This document shows, one piece after another, positions 1 to 11,403 of a DNA stretch of 64,000 nt. Within the stretch, counting starts at the first letter, position 1. Each line of letters begins with the position of its first letter. Source of the DNA: Candidatus Latescibacterota bacterium. Lineage in GTDB: Bacteria > Latescibacterota > UBA2968 > UBA8231. Location of the stretch: the NCBI GenBank assembly GCA_965221775.1, contig CBDCSU010000006.1, positions 2,432,001-2,496,000 of the forward strand, written 5' to 3'. The notes below the pieces were generated by a model that saw only the letters and a program-made list of their open reading frames with translations, searched no databases and was not told the origin of the DNA. Both the position numbers and the translations under genes were made by a program.

Positions 1-2
1 TG

Positions 3-1550
3 GTCTGCGGCGACGTGGGCTACGGCAAGACGGAGGTGGCGGTGCGCGCCTCCTTCAAGGCCGTGTGCGACCACAAGCAGGTGGCGGTGCTGGTGCCGAC
101 GACGATCCTGGCGCAGCAGCACCTGCAGGTGTTCTCCGAGCGCATGGAGCCCTTCCCGGTGAGGGTGGAGGTCCTCTCCCGGTTCCGCACGGCGCGGGAG
201 CAGAAGCAGGTGGTGGAGGACGTGAAGGCGGGCAAGGTGGATATCCTCATCGGCACCCACCGCCTCCTGGGCCGGGACATCCGCTTCCGCGACCTGGGGC
301 TGCTGGTGGTCGACGAGGAGCAGCGCTTCGGCGTGCGCCACAAGGAGCGCCTGAAGCAGCTCAAGCGCCAGGTCGACGTCATCACCCTCACGGCGACGCC
401 TATCCCGCGGACCCTGCACATGTCCCTCATGGGGGCCCGCGACATGTCGGTGATCAACACGCCGCCCCAGGACCGGCTGCCGATCCACACCGAGATCATC
501 ACCTTCGACGAGGGCCGCATCGCCGCGGCCATCGAGCGCGAGGTGGAACGCGGAGGGCAGGTCTACTTCGTCCACAACCGCGTGCAGTCGATCCACGGCC
601 TGGCGCGGTTCCTGTCCGAGCTGCTGCCCCAGGTGCGCTTCGCCGTGGCCCACGGCCAGATGCCGGCGCGCCAGCTCGAGAAGATCATGTTCGACTTCCT
701 GGAACGGAAGTACGACTGCCTCGTCAGTACAATGATCATCGAGTCCGGCATCGACATCCCTTCCGTGAACACGATCCTGGTCAACCGCGCCGACATGCTG
801 GGTCTCTCCCAGCTCTACCAGATCCGCGGCCGCGTGGGGCGCTCGAAGGAGCGCGCCTTCGCCTACCTGCTGGTGCCCAAGGGCAAGCGGCTGACCCGCA
901 AGTCGCGCCTGCGCCTGCGCGCCGTGGAGGAGTTCGCCGACCTCGGCTCGGGCTTCAACATCGCCATGCGCGACATGGAGATCCGCGGCGCCGGCAACCT
1001 CCTGGGGGCGCAGCAGCACGGGTTCATCACCGCCGTCGGCTTCGACCTCTACACCCGGCTCCTCGACGAGGCGGTGCGGGAGCTGAAGGGCGAGCGGGTG
1101 GAGCACGCCGCCGATCCCGACATCAAGATCGCCGTCACCGCCTACCTGCCCGACGACTACGTGCCCGACACCGACCTCAAGATGGAGTTCTACCAGCGCC
1201 TGGCCGGGGCGGCGCGCATCGTCGACCTCCTGGCCGTGCGCGAGGAGCTGGAGGACCGCTTCGGCCGCCTCCCGTGGCAGGCGGCGTCGCTGCTCCACAT
1301 CATGGAGATCAAGGTCATGGCGCGGCAGCTGGGGCTGGAGGCGGTGCAGCTGGAGAAGTCCCGGTTCCGGATGGTCTTCCCCGAGACCCGGCAGGTCCCG
1401 CCCGCCGACCTGCGGCGGCTGGTGCAGAAGTCGTCGTCCGAGCTGGAGTTCAAGGTCGGCAAGGGGCTGACCATCGAGACCTTCCTGCGCGCCACGGACG
1501 AGCAGGAGCGGCTGGCGAAGGCCCGAGACCTTGTGGAACAACTGGTGTAG
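3..1550 (+). CDS. mfd: Transcription-repair coupling factor, 5'-truncated by the window edge
   Basis: GDVGYGKTEVA Walker A, DEEQRFGV, TATPIPRTL, QLYQIRGRVGRS, DMEIRGAGNLLG, then a TRCF C-terminal domain. Confidence 0.97.
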   Translation, partial: VCGDVGYGKTEVAVRASFKAVCDHKQVAVLVPTTILAQQHLQVFSERMEPFPVRVEVLSRFRTAREQKQVVEDVKAGKVDILIGTHRLLGRDIRFRDLGLLVVDEEQRFGVRHKERLKQLKRQVDVITLTATPIPRTLHMSLMGARDMSVINTPPQDRLPIHTEIITFDEGRIAAAIEREVERGGQVYFVHNRVQSIHGLARFLSELLPQVRFAVAHGQMPARQLEKIMFDFLERKYDCLVSTMIIESGIDIPSVNTILVNRADMLGLSQLYQIRGRVGRSKERAFAYLLVPKGKRLTRKSRLRLRAVEEFADLGSGFNIAMRDMEIRGAGNLLGAQQHGFITAVGFDLYTRLLDEAVRELKGERVEHAADPDIKIAVTAYLPDDYVPDTDLKMEFYQRLAGAARIVDLLAVREELEDRFGRLPWQAASLLHIMEIKVMARQLGLEAVQLEKSRFRMVFPETRQVPPADLRRLVQKSSSELEFKVGKGLTIETFLRATDEQERLAKARDLVEQLV

Positions 1551-2361
1551 CCGCCCGGCGGGGGCCCTCCTCCTGGCCGCCCTCGCCGGCTGCTCCTCGC
1601 CCGCGCGGGAGGAGGTGGTGGCCCGCGTGGGCGCCTCGTCCCTCACCCGGCTCGAGCTGGAGGCCCAGGTCCCCGGCGAGGCCGGGCCGGAGCAGCGGCG
1701 GCGGTTCGTGGAGGACTGGGTCCGCCGGCAGCTGCTCTACCAGGAGGCCCTGGAGAGGCAGGTCCACGAGAGGCCGAGGATCCAGCGTCTCGTCGAGCAG
1801 GCCCGCGAGGACGTCATCGTCGCCGCCTACCTCGACAGCGAGTTCGGGAGCCGGTCGATCGAGATCGACCCGGGGGAGGTGCAGAGCTACTACGACGGCA
1901 ACCCCGGGGAGTTCACGCGCCAGGAGGACGAGATCCGGGCGCAGCACATCCTCGTCGACTCGCGGCGCGACGCCGAGAGCCTGCGACAGGAACTGCTGCG
2001 CGACGGCGGCTTCGAGGGCCGCGCGGCCGAGGTCTCCCTCGATGCGGCGACGGCGGGTTCCTCGGGCGACCTCGGCTACTTCACCGCCCGGGAGAGGCCC
2101 GAGCTGTGGGAGGCCTGCGCCGACCTCCAGCCGGGGGAGGTCTCGGACGTGGTCGCCTCCGGCAGCGGCTGGCACATCGTGCGCCTGCGGGACCGCCGGA
2201 GGGCCGGCAGCCTGCGCTCCCTCGACGAAGCGGGGGTGCGGCAGCAGATCGAGGAGGCCCTGGTCCGCGAGGGGTACCGGGGGCGCATACACGCCCTCGT
2301 CGACAGCCTGCGGGAGGAGCACAGCTGGGAGATCGACGAAACCTTGTCGAGGGCTCCATGA
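1531..2361 (+). CDS. PpiC/parvulin-type peptidyl-prolyl isomerase, PrsA-like lipoprotein
   Basis: Lipobox LAGC; IRAQHILV, GDLGYF and GWHIV parvulin motifs. Confidence 0.85.
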   Translation: MWNNWCSRPAGALLLAALAGCSSPAREEVVARVGASSLTRLELEAQVPGEAGPEQRRRFVEDWVRRQLLYQEALERQVHERPRIQRLVEQAREDVIVAAYLDSEFGSRSIEIDPGEVQSYYDGNPGEFTRQEDEIRAQHILVDSRRDAESLRQELLRDGGFEGRAAEVSLDAATAGSSGDLGYFTARERPELWEACADLQPGEVSDVVASGSGWHIVRLRDRRRAGSLRSLDEAGVRQQIEEALVREGYRGRIHALVDSLREEHSWEIDETLSRAP

Positions 2362-3707
2362 AGGCTTGCGCGCGCTGGTTCCTCGGCCTCCTCGCCGGTT
2401 GCGCCCTCTTCCCCTCCCGGGGGCCGGCGGAGCCGGAGCTCCTGGACCGCATCGTCGCCGTCGTCGACGACCAGGTGGTGCTGTGGTCGGAGCTGGAGCT
2501 GAGGACCCTGCTCCAGCTGCAGCAGCAAGGGCGCAACCCGGCCTTCCTCGAGCTCGAGGACGTGGCCGAGGAGCGCCGCCGCGTCCTCGAGGACATGGTG
2601 GCCGAGCTGGTGGTGGTGAAGAAGGCCCAGAAGGACAGCATCGAGGTCGATCCGGTGCAGGTCGAGGAATACCTCAACGCCGAGTTCGGACGCATGCGCG
2701 CCTCCATGGGGCCGGGCGAGCTGGAGCAGCTCCTCGAGAACTCGGGCATGACCGAACGCCAGTTGAAGGCGAGGGAGCGCAAGCGCATCCGCAACCGCCT
2801 CCTCTACGACCAGATGGTCTCGCAGCTGGCCTACCAGCAGTACCTCACCCGGCGGGACGTGGAGGCGTTCCGCGAGGCCTGGCTCGATTCCCCGCCGCCG
2901 AAGGTCTCGGTGAGCCAGATCAACCTCAAGATCGTCCCCGCCGACTCGGTGCGTCTGCGAGCCCGGGAGCGGATCGACCGCATCCAGGAGCGCCTCGACT
3001 CGGGAGAGGAGTTCGCCGAGGTGGCCCGCCAGTTGTCGGAGGATCCCGGCACCGCCGCGGCGGGGGGAGACCTGGGGTGCTTCTCGCCGGGCACCCTCAC
3101 CGCCGACTTCGAGCGCGCCGCCGTCGACCTGCGTCCCGGCGAGACGAGCGCGCCGGTGCTGACGCGCTTCGGCTTCCACCTGATCCTGCTGCACGAGAAG
3201 CGCGAGGGGGAGATGTGCGTCAGCCACATCCTGGTGCGGGCGCGGACCACCGAGGCCGACCGGGAGCGGGTGCGGGACCGGCTCGAGGATCTGCGCCGCC
3301 GGGCCCTGGCGGGGCAGGACTTCGCCCAACTGGCGCGGGACCACTCCGAGGACGCGCAGTCGGCCCGCCAGGGCGGGCTGTGGCAGATCCTCGACCGCGC
3401 CGCCATTCCCGACGTCCTGAACCCCTTCATCGGGCACCTCGGTCTCGGCGGCGTGAGCGAGCCGGTCATCCTCGACACGGGCGGCCACATCTTCAAGATC
3501 AACGACGACTTCGCCACCCTGGAGGCACTGGTGCGCGAAGAGCGGGTCGCCCACCGCATGGAGGAGGTGATCGCCGAGTACCGGCAGGAGATCCACGTGG
3601 AGGAGCGCCTCGACGACGAGTGGCTCTGGGACCCCCTGGGCTCCGCTGCCGCCGACCCGGCTGCGCGGCAGGACTCCGCCGCCGAGGAGCCCGGGGGAGG
3701 CCGCTGA
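2358..3707 (+). CDS. SurA-like chaperone/PPIase with two parvulin domains
   Basis: Signal peptide, LDRIVAVVDDQVVLWSEL, SEDPGTAAAGGDLG, GFHLI, second VSHILV domain; ATGA overlap with the upstream gene. Confidence 0.88.
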   Translation: MKACARWFLGLLAGCALFPSRGPAEPELLDRIVAVVDDQVVLWSELELRTLLQLQQQGRNPAFLELEDVAEERRRVLEDMVAELVVVKKAQKDSIEVDPVQVEEYLNAEFGRMRASMGPGELEQLLENSGMTERQLKARERKRIRNRLLYDQMVSQLAYQQYLTRRDVEAFREAWLDSPPPKVSVSQINLKIVPADSVRLRARERIDRIQERLDSGEEFAEVARQLSEDPGTAAAGGDLGCFSPGTLTADFERAAVDLRPGETSAPVLTRFGFHLILLHEKREGEMCVSHILVRARTTEADRERVRDRLEDLRRRALAGQDFAQLARDHSEDAQSARQGGLWQILDRAAIPDVLNPFIGHLGLGGVSEPVILDTGGHIFKINDDFATLEALVREERVAHRMEEVIAEYRQEIHVEERLDDEWLWDPLGSAAADPAARQDSAAEEPGGGR

Positions 3708-3711
3708 GTCC

Positions 3712-4005
3712 GTGGTGCGCCTCGACGCCTTCCTGAAGAACGCGGGCCTCTTCAAGGCACGTTCCCAGGCGCGGCGGGCCTGCGACGAGGGCCGGGTGCG
3801 CATCGGCGGGACTCCGGCCCGCGGCTCCCGCGCCGTGCGCGTCGGCGAGATCCTCGAGGTCGAGGCCGGCGGCCACCGCCTGGAGGTGGAGGTCCTCGAC
3901 CTGCCGCCGCGGCCGGTGGCGCGCTCGCAGCGCTGCCGCTACGTACGCGAGCTGCGGCGCGAGGCCCTGCCGGTGGAGGTCCTGTCCTTTGATGACGAGC
4001 CCTGA
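3712..4005 (+). CDS. S4 RNA-binding protein (Hsp15/YabO-RqcP-like)
   Basis: MVRLDAFL...FKARSQARRACDEGRVRIGG...VRVGE S4 signature. Confidence 0.85.
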   Translation: MVRLDAFLKNAGLFKARSQARRACDEGRVRIGGTPARGSRAVRVGEILEVEAGGHRLEVEVLDLPPRPVARSQRCRYVRELRREALPVEVLSFDDEP

Positions 4006-4753
4006 GCCCGCCGTTCTCGAGCGCCGGCCGTACGAGGGCCTGGCCTCGATCTACGACTTCGTGATGCGCCACGTCGACTACCCGGCCTGGGCCAACTACG
4101 TCGCCTCCCTGCTGCGGCGCCACGACTGCGCGCCCGGCCGCCTTCTGGAGCTGGCCTGCGGCACGGGGAACGCCTCCTTCGCCCTGGCGGCGGCGGGTTA
4201 CCGCCTCACCGGGTACGACGCCTCCGAGGAGATGGTCCGGGTGGCCCGCGAGAAGGCCTCCCGCCAGCAGCGGGACCTGCGCTTCGGGGTCCGCGACCTG
4301 CGCGACCTGTCGGGCGTCGGGGAGCACGGGGCCGCCGTGTGCCTCTACGACAGCCTGAACTATCTGCTGAGCCTCGAAGAGGTGGGGCAGGCCCTGACCC
4401 AGGTGCATGGCGTGCTGTCGGAGGGCGCGGTCTTTATCTTCGACATCTGCACCGAGCAGAACTCCCTGCGTCACTTCAGGGACGTGCGCAGCTCCGAGCA
4501 CGGCCGCGGCTTCAGCTTTCGCCGCCATAGCCACTACTCCTCCGACGAACGCCTCCAGCACAACGACTTCGACATCTGCTTCGAGGACGGATCCCGGGTC
4601 CGGGAGACCCACGTGCAGCGCATCTACGAGTGCGGCGAGCTGGCCGCCGCCGTCGACGCCAGCCCCTTCGACCTCGTCGAGCTGCTCGACGGCTTCAGCC
4701 TGCGGCCGGGCTCCGACCTTTGCGACCGCGTCCACTTCGTCCTGCGCCGCTGA
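3992..4753 (+). CDS. Class I SAM-dependent methyltransferase
   Basis: LLELACGTG motif I, GYDASEEM, CLYDSLNYL, FIFDI. Confidence 0.9.
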   Translation: MTSPEPAVLERRPYEGLASIYDFVMRHVDYPAWANYVASLLRRHDCAPGRLLELACGTGNASFALAAAGYRLTGYDASEEMVRVAREKASRQQRDLRFGVRDLRDLSGVGEHGAAVCLYDSLNYLLSLEEVGQALTQVHGVLSEGAVFIFDICTEQNSLRHFRDVRSSEHGRGFSFRRHSHYSSDERLQHNDFDICFEDGSRVRETHVQRIYECGELAAAVDASPFDLVELLDGFSLRPGSDLCDRVHFVLRR

Positions 4754-4760
4754 GCCGCTC

Positions 4761-5738
4761 ATGCCCGCCCCTCCCACAGAGATCCCGGCCTCCGATTTCG
4801 ATGCCGCCGCCGACTTCCTGCGCGGCGGCGACGGCTTCCTGGTCACCTCCCACGTCAACGCCGACGGCGACGCCATCGGCGCGGTCCTGGCCATGGAGGG
4901 CCTGCTGCGCCAGCTCGGCAAGGCCTCGACGGCGGTCCTGGAGGAGAGGCCCGGCGACGCCTACGCCTTTCTCCCGGGGACCGCCGGCATCGTCGAGGCC
5001 GGCGCCGCGGGCGGCGGCCACCAGCGGGCCATCGTCCTCGATTGCTCCAACCTGGCGCGCACCGGCCCGGTGGCGGAGTGCCTCGCCGACGGCGCTTCCG
5101 TGCTCAACATCGACCACCATCCGGACAACCAGCGCTTCGGGTCGGCGAACCTGGCCTCCGAGGCCGTCTCCTCCACCTGCGAGATGCTCTACCACTTGGC
5201 CGTGCACATGGACCTGGAGCTCGACCGGACTCTGTCGGAGCTGCTCGCCGCGGGCCTCCTCTTCGACACCTGCTGCTTCCGCTATTCGCTGACCACGCCC
5301 ACGTCGATGGAGGTGGGTGCCGACCTCCGGCGCCGGGGGGCGCGGCTCGACCGCGTCGCCGACGGCCTCTACAGCAACGCCACCCTGGGCTCGGTCAAGC
5401 TTCTGGGGCGGGCCATCGACTCCCTCGAGCTGCACTGCGGGGACCGCGTCGCCCTCCTGGGGCTGAACCGGCGGGACCTGGCCCTGGGCGACCCCGAGGC
5501 GATCGTCAACTACGGTCTGATGGTGAGGGGCGTGGAGGCGGCGGCCCTGCTCAGGGAGGAGGAGCCGGGGCGGTTCCGCGTCAGCCTGAGGTCCCGCGGC
5601 GACGACGTGGACGTGAGCGCCGTGGCCCGCCACTTCGGCGGCGGCGGGCACCCCCAGGCCTCGGGCTGCCGCATCGAGGGAGAGGCGGCGGCGGTCCGGT
5701 CGCGCCTGCTGGCCGCCGTGGAGGAGATGCTGCGATGA
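4761..5738 (+). CDS. DHH/DHHA1 phosphoesterase (NrnA-like oligoribonuclease/pAp phosphatase)
   Basis: HVNADGDAIG, IDHH, VSLRSR, FGGGGHPQASGC. Confidence 0.9.
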   Translation: MPAPPTEIPASDFDAAADFLRGGDGFLVTSHVNADGDAIGAVLAMEGLLRQLGKASTAVLEERPGDAYAFLPGTAGIVEAGAAGGGHQRAIVLDCSNLARTGPVAECLADGASVLNIDHHPDNQRFGSANLASEAVSSTCEMLYHLAVHMDLELDRTLSELLAAGLLFDTCCFRYSLTTPTSMEVGADLRRRGARLDRVADGLYSNATLGSVKLLGRAIDSLELHCGDRVALLGLNRRDLALGDPEAIVNYGLMVRGVEAAALLREEEPGRFRVSLRSRGDDVDVSAVARHFGGGGHPQASGCRIEGEAAAVRSRLLAAVEEMLR

Positions 5739-6661
5739 ACTCCGGCCACCTGGTGACGCTCAAGGACTGGAGCGCCGAGGAGATCCTCCAGGTCGTCGAC
5801 GCCGGCCGGCGCCTCAAGGCCGACCCCGGGGCCTTCGCCGAGACCCTGAAGGGGCGTTCCCTGGCGCTGCTGTTCCAGAAGACCTCGACGCGGACGCGCT
5901 GCTCCGGCGAGGTCGGCATGGCTCAGCTCGGCGGAGACTCGGTCTACCTCGACTGGCGGGCCACCAACTTCGGACTCGCCGACCTGGCCGACGAGGTTCG
6001 CGTCCTGGGCCGCTACTTCGACTTCCTCCTGGTGCGCTTCCTGGCCCACGCCGACGTGGTCACGGCGGCAGAGGCCGCCGAGGCGCCGGTGATGAACGGC
6101 TGCTGCGACCGCTACCATCCGCTGCAGGCCTTGTGCGACCTGCAGACGGTGCAGGAGAAGCTCGGCCGCCTGGAGGGGGTGCGCCTCACCTACGTGGGGG
6201 TCCGCAACAACGTCACGAACTCGCTCATCGCCGCCGGCCTCAAGACCGGCATGCACGTCACCGTCGTGGCTCCCGAGGTGAACGAGGCCGCCGCCGACGA
6301 AGGGCTGCTGGCCGAGGCCCGGGCCTCCGGCCGCTACGTGGAGACCGACGATCCGGCGGAAGGAGTGGCCGGCTGCGACGTGGTCTACACCGACACCTGG
6401 CTCGACATGGAGTACTTCAACGATCCCGCCTTCGCCGAGGAGAAGGAGCGGCGCCTGCGCGCCCTGCGGCCCTACCAGCTGAGCCGCGACCTGCTCCGCG
6501 GCCTCGACCCGCTGATCATGCACTGCCTGCCCGCCCACCGTGGCTACGAGATCGAGGCGGAGCTGGTGGAGGACCGGCGCTCGGTGGTCTTCGACCAGGC
6601 CGAGAACCGCATGCACAGCCAGAAGGCGGTGCTCCTCAAGCTGGCCGGACTCCTGGGGTAG
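5735..6661 (+). CDS. argF: Ornithine carbamoyltransferase family protein
   Basis: FQKTSTRTR, HPLQALCD, MHCLPAHRG, FDQAENRMH; ATGA overlap. Confidence 0.85.
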   Translation: MNSGHLVTLKDWSAEEILQVVDAGRRLKADPGAFAETLKGRSLALLFQKTSTRTRCSGEVGMAQLGGDSVYLDWRATNFGLADLADEVRVLGRYFDFLLVRFLAHADVVTAAEAAEAPVMNGCCDRYHPLQALCDLQTVQEKLGRLEGVRLTYVGVRNNVTNSLIAAGLKTGMHVTVVAPEVNEAAADEGLLAEARASGRYVETDDPAEGVAGCDVVYTDTWLDMEYFNDPAFAEEKERRLRALRPYQLSRDLLRGLDPLIMHCLPAHRGYEIEAELVEDRRSVVFDQAENRMHSQKAVLLKLAGLLG

Positions 6662-6677
6662 AGTCCCCGGGGGCGCG

Positions 6678-7160
6678 TCAAGCGCCCCGCGCGTACGTCC
6701 CGCTGGCGCCGCCCCGCTTCTCCAGCAGGCGGACCTCGTCGATCACCATCTCGCGGTCGACGCCCTTGCACATGTCGTAGATCGTCAGCAGGGCCACCGC
6801 CGCGGCCGTGAGGGCCTCCATCTCCACGCCGGTGCGGTCCGCCAGGCGCGCCTCGGTCTCCACCTCGACGCGGTCCTCGCCGAGGGTGAACTCCACCTCG
6901 ACGGCGGTCAGGTTGAGGGAGTGGCACAGGGGGATGAGGTCCGCCGTCCTCTTGGCGGCCTGGATCCCGGCGATGCGCGCCGTCTCCAGGACGTTGCCCT
7001 TGGCCACGCTCTGCTCGGAGATGCGGCGCACCGTCTCGGGCCGCATGCGGATGCGGCCGCCGGCGCGCGCCAGGCGCTCGCTCACCGGCTTGTCGGAGAC
7101 ATCGACCATCTTCACGCGGCCCGACTCGTCGAGGTGGGTCAGGCGTCCGGAATCGGCCAC
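6678..7160 (-). CDS. moaC: Cyclic pyranopterin monophosphate synthase
   Basis: [30 protein letters not shown]. Confidence 0.96.
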   Translation of the reverse strand: MADSGRLTHLDESGRVKMVDVSDKPVSERLARAGGRIRMRPETVRRISEQSVAKGNVLETARIAGIQAAKRTADLIPLCHSLNLTAVEVEFTLGEDRVEVETEARLADRTGVEMEALTAAAVALLTIYDMCKGVDREMVIDEVRLLEKRGGASGTYARGA

Positions 7161-7161
7161 G

Positions 7162-8532
7162 TCAGGACCCCCAGGGAGCGATCGCCTCTTTCAGGCCGCG
7201 GTAGCCCTCGAGGAAACCGGGCCTCGTCCCCCCGTAGACCTCGTCGAAGGCGTCCAGGGAGCGGTCGAGCCACCGGCGCAGCTCGGTGTGGCCGGGGTTG
7301 GCGTCGAGATAGGCGTGGCGGATGAGGACGAAGTGGATGCGCGGGTCGTAGGGCCGCTTGGTGCCGCCCATGGACTCGTCGCCGTCGAGGAGCCGCTCGA
7401 GCATGGCGTCGGCGGAGCCGAGGGTCTGCTCGTGAATGGGGGGGCCGGCCATGCGGTACATGACCGAGGTCATGTCGCGGCCGTTGCCGGTGGTGTAGCC
7501 CATGCGGCCCCAGAGGTCGTCCATCCTCGCCGCGGCGCCGACATGGTCGACGACGAGCTGGCCGAAGTGGCGCAGCGGGTCGGAGACGTCGGCGAGCAGG
7601 TCGGTGAGGCGGTCGCCGTCGAGGTCGGTGGCCAGGACGATGACCTCCTCCTTGTTGATGAGGTCCCAGAGCAGCAGGCCGTAGCTGGTGTCGGCGATGT
7701 GCTGCTCGATGCGGCCGCCCCAGCTCTCCATGCCGGCCTTGAAGTCCGGCGGCAGGAGGGAGATGATGCGGTCCACGTGCTCGCGGTGCTCCACGTAGCC
7801 GTCGACGGCGTACTTGCGGCCCACCTCGAAGCGCGTGCCCTGCAGCAGCCACGACAACAGGCCGGCGTTGATGCCGTCCTCCATGGCCTGGGTCGGCTTG
7901 AAGGCGACGCGTCCCAGGCGGCCGGTCTCGTGCACCATCTGCAGGAAGCGGCGGTTGGCGTAGGCCATCTGGATCCCCGGCGTGTTCATCTCGGAGTGGA
8001 TGAGGCCGGTCTCGCCGTCGACGTTGAAGCGGGGGCGGTCCTGCGAGTAGGGGAGGCAGGGCATGCAGCGGACGACGGTGATCGTGCCGTAGGGGCGGAC
8101 GTTGCAGTAGACCCCGGCCTGGGTGCGCAGCTGGGCGTTGCCGGACTTGCCCTTCACCACCACGCGGCCGCCGCGGCCGTCGTTGACGTAGGCGTCGCCG
8201 GCGGTGGACCACTTGATCGAGGTGCACGGCATGTTCCCGAACCAGGCCAGGGGGGCCAGGTCGAGGTCGTGGCGGTACTGGGCCCACATGGGAACACCGT
8301 AGTACGGCAGTCCGAGGACATCGAGGGCGGCGAGGGTGCCGAGGAGGGCGTAGGCGTCGGTGAGGGAGTGGGCCACGGGGTTCACCCCGGCGTCGTGGTT
8401 GCCGCCCTGCCAGATGACGGCCTCGGGATAGCCTTCGGGGCGCACCTCGCTGGGCTCGAAGAGCCCCTCGAGGAGGCCGAGGAGGTCGCTGCCGGCGGCC
8501 TCGGTGCGGGCGATGTCGAGCAGATCGATCAT
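7162..8532 (-). CDS. Highly divergent isocitrate/isopropylmalate dehydrogenase-family protein
   Basis: KSGNAQLR-x9-RP, R-x6-Y, FKPT, IADT, DGDRLTD and EQTLGSA align by eye with IDH catalytic motifs. Confidence 0.7.
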   Translation of the reverse strand: MIDLLDIARTEAAGSDLLGLLEGLFEPSEVRPEGYPEAVIWQGGNHDAGVNPVAHSLTDAYALLGTLAALDVLGLPYYGVPMWAQYRHDLDLAPLAWFGNMPCTSIKWSTAGDAYVNDGRGGRVVVKGKSGNAQLRTQAGVYCNVRPYGTITVVRCMPCLPYSQDRPRFNVDGETGLIHSEMNTPGIQMAYANRRFLQMVHETGRLGRVAFKPTQAMEDGINAGLLSWLLQGTRFEVGRKYAVDGYVEHREHVDRIISLLPPDFKAGMESWGGRIEQHIADTSYGLLLWDLINKEEVIVLATDLDGDRLTDLLADVSDPLRHFGQLVVDHVGAAARMDDLWGRMGYTTGNGRDMTSVMYRMAGPPIHEQTLGSADAMLERLLDGDESMGGTKRPYDPRIHFVLIRHAYLDANPGHTELRRWLDRSLDAFDEVYGGTRPGFLEGYRGLKEAIAPWGS

Positions 8533-8765
8533 GGGGGTCCGCTAAGTTGTTGTTTTCGTTGAAGGAATGGGGATTTTCGCAGCCGTGGAAGATAGCCAGC
8601 CGAGGGTTTCCCGGCAACCCGGGTGCCCGCCGTGCCGGGAGCCGCCGGCGGTGCTTCCGCGGGCGGGATCGGGCGTCGGTCCGGGGCTGCCTTTGCGCCC
8701 GAGCGGCCGGGGGTGGAGGATGCGGCGCCCCATGGCCGGGGAGTGCGCCCGGGGAACGGGGGAGC

Positions 8766-8794
8766 TTGCGCTCTCCCGTCTCTGCCGGTAACTT
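8766..8794 (+). promoter_or_regulatory. Putative sigma70-type promoter of groEL
   Basis: TTGCGC-N17-TAACTT just upstream of the CIRCE. Confidence 0.55.
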
Positions 8795-8814
8795 CTCGGA
8801 CTGAGAAAAGACGG

Positions 8815-8841
8815 GTAGCACTCTCGCAACGGGAGTGCTAT
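8815..8841 (+). promoter_or_regulatory. CIRCE element (HrcA operator)
   Basis: gTAGCACTC-N9-GAGTGCTAt versus consensus TTAGCACTC-N9-GAGTGCTAA, upstream of groEL. Confidence 0.92.
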
Positions 8842-8853
8842 GGACTCTCGTAA

Positions 8854-10515
<1,662 letters not shown>

Positions 10516-10552
10516 GAGCGGGCAGCCCCGGCTGCACCGCGTGATCGACAAA

Positions 10553-10586
10553 GAAGGGGTCCACCGGTCGTCCGGTGGGCCCCTTC
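10553..10586. terminator. Stem-loop between convergent groEL and M23 genes
   Basis: GAAGGGGTCCACCGG-TCGT-CCGGTGGGCCCCTTC, 15-bp stem with one G-U pair. Confidence 0.7.
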
Positions 10587-10625
10587 GTGCATGTACCGCT
10601 GAGGGCGGGGAGGCTCCCCGCGCCC

Positions 10626-11390
10626 CTACAGCCAGAGCTGCTGACAGGCGGCGGTGCGGTCGCGGCCCTGCTCGAGGACCTGGAAGCGGAGCCCGGGGGG
10701 TGCGCCCGGCGGCCGGGCGGTCAGGCCGAGGGGCTGGCCCTTGTGCACGTAGTTCCCGGTCTCGACGGACAGGGCGCCGATCCCGGCGTAGCTCGTGATC
10801 AGGCCGTGGCCGTGGTCGAGACTCACCTCGTACCATCCCGAGGAGTGGTCGAAGCGCGTCCGCTCGACCCGCCCCGCGGCGCTGGCCCGCACCAGGGCTC
10901 CGCCCGGGGCCTGCAGCAGCACGCCCGGGTCGGTCTGGCTCCAGACGGGGGTGCGCACCGGCTTCAGGGTCGGCACCGAGGTCAGGTTCCCGTAACGGAG
11001 ACGGTGGATCAGGGGGATGAAGGCCTGCCGCTCCGGGGGGGCCTGCCCCGCGGCGGCCGGCCCCCCGGCGTCAGCCCCCCGCAGGCCGAAGGCCTCGGCC
11101 GTGAGCATGCGCAGCTGGTCGTTGCGGGTCTTGAGCCCCTGGAGGATCTCCTCGAGCTCCCCGATGGAGGCCACCTCCTCGGCGAGGATCGCCCGTTCGC
11201 GCTCCAGCCACTCGACCCGCTGCGCCAGGGAGTCGGCCCTCTGCTGGGCGCGCCAGCCGAGGGCGAGGAGTCCCACGAGGGCGGCGGCGATGAGGGCCAC
11301 CCCCCACAGGTAGAGGCGGGCGACCCTGAACTCGTAGGTGGGCCCGCCCTCCTCGGGGATGACCAGCAGGGTGAAGCCGCGCCTGAGCAA
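10626..11390 (-). CDS. M23/LytM-domain protein with TM segment and coiled coil, probably catalytically inactive
   Basis: VRASAAGRV, DHGHGLITSYA, VETGNYVHKGQPLG; the HxH zinc motif is replaced by PGLRF. Confidence 0.8.
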   Translation of the reverse strand: MLRRGFTLLVIPEEGGPTYEFRVARLYLWGVALIAAALVGLLALGWRAQQRADSLAQRVEWLERERAILAEEVASIGELEEILQGLKTRNDQLRMLTAEAFGLRGADAGGPAAAGQAPPERQAFIPLIHRLRYGNLTSVPTLKPVRTPVWSQTDPGVLLQAPGGALVRASAAGRVERTRFDHSSGWYEVSLDHGHGLITSYAGIGALSVETGNYVHKGQPLGLTARPPGAPPGLRFQVLEQGRDRTAACQQLWL

Positions 11391-11403
11391 GGGTCCCGCC
11401 GGC

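Noticed and set aside
65-3736. 1223-aa ORF and many similar long Arg/Pro/Gly-rich ORFs across the window
   Set aside because: Shadow frames of high-GC genes; only the 3' parts matching real families were kept, with corrected starts.
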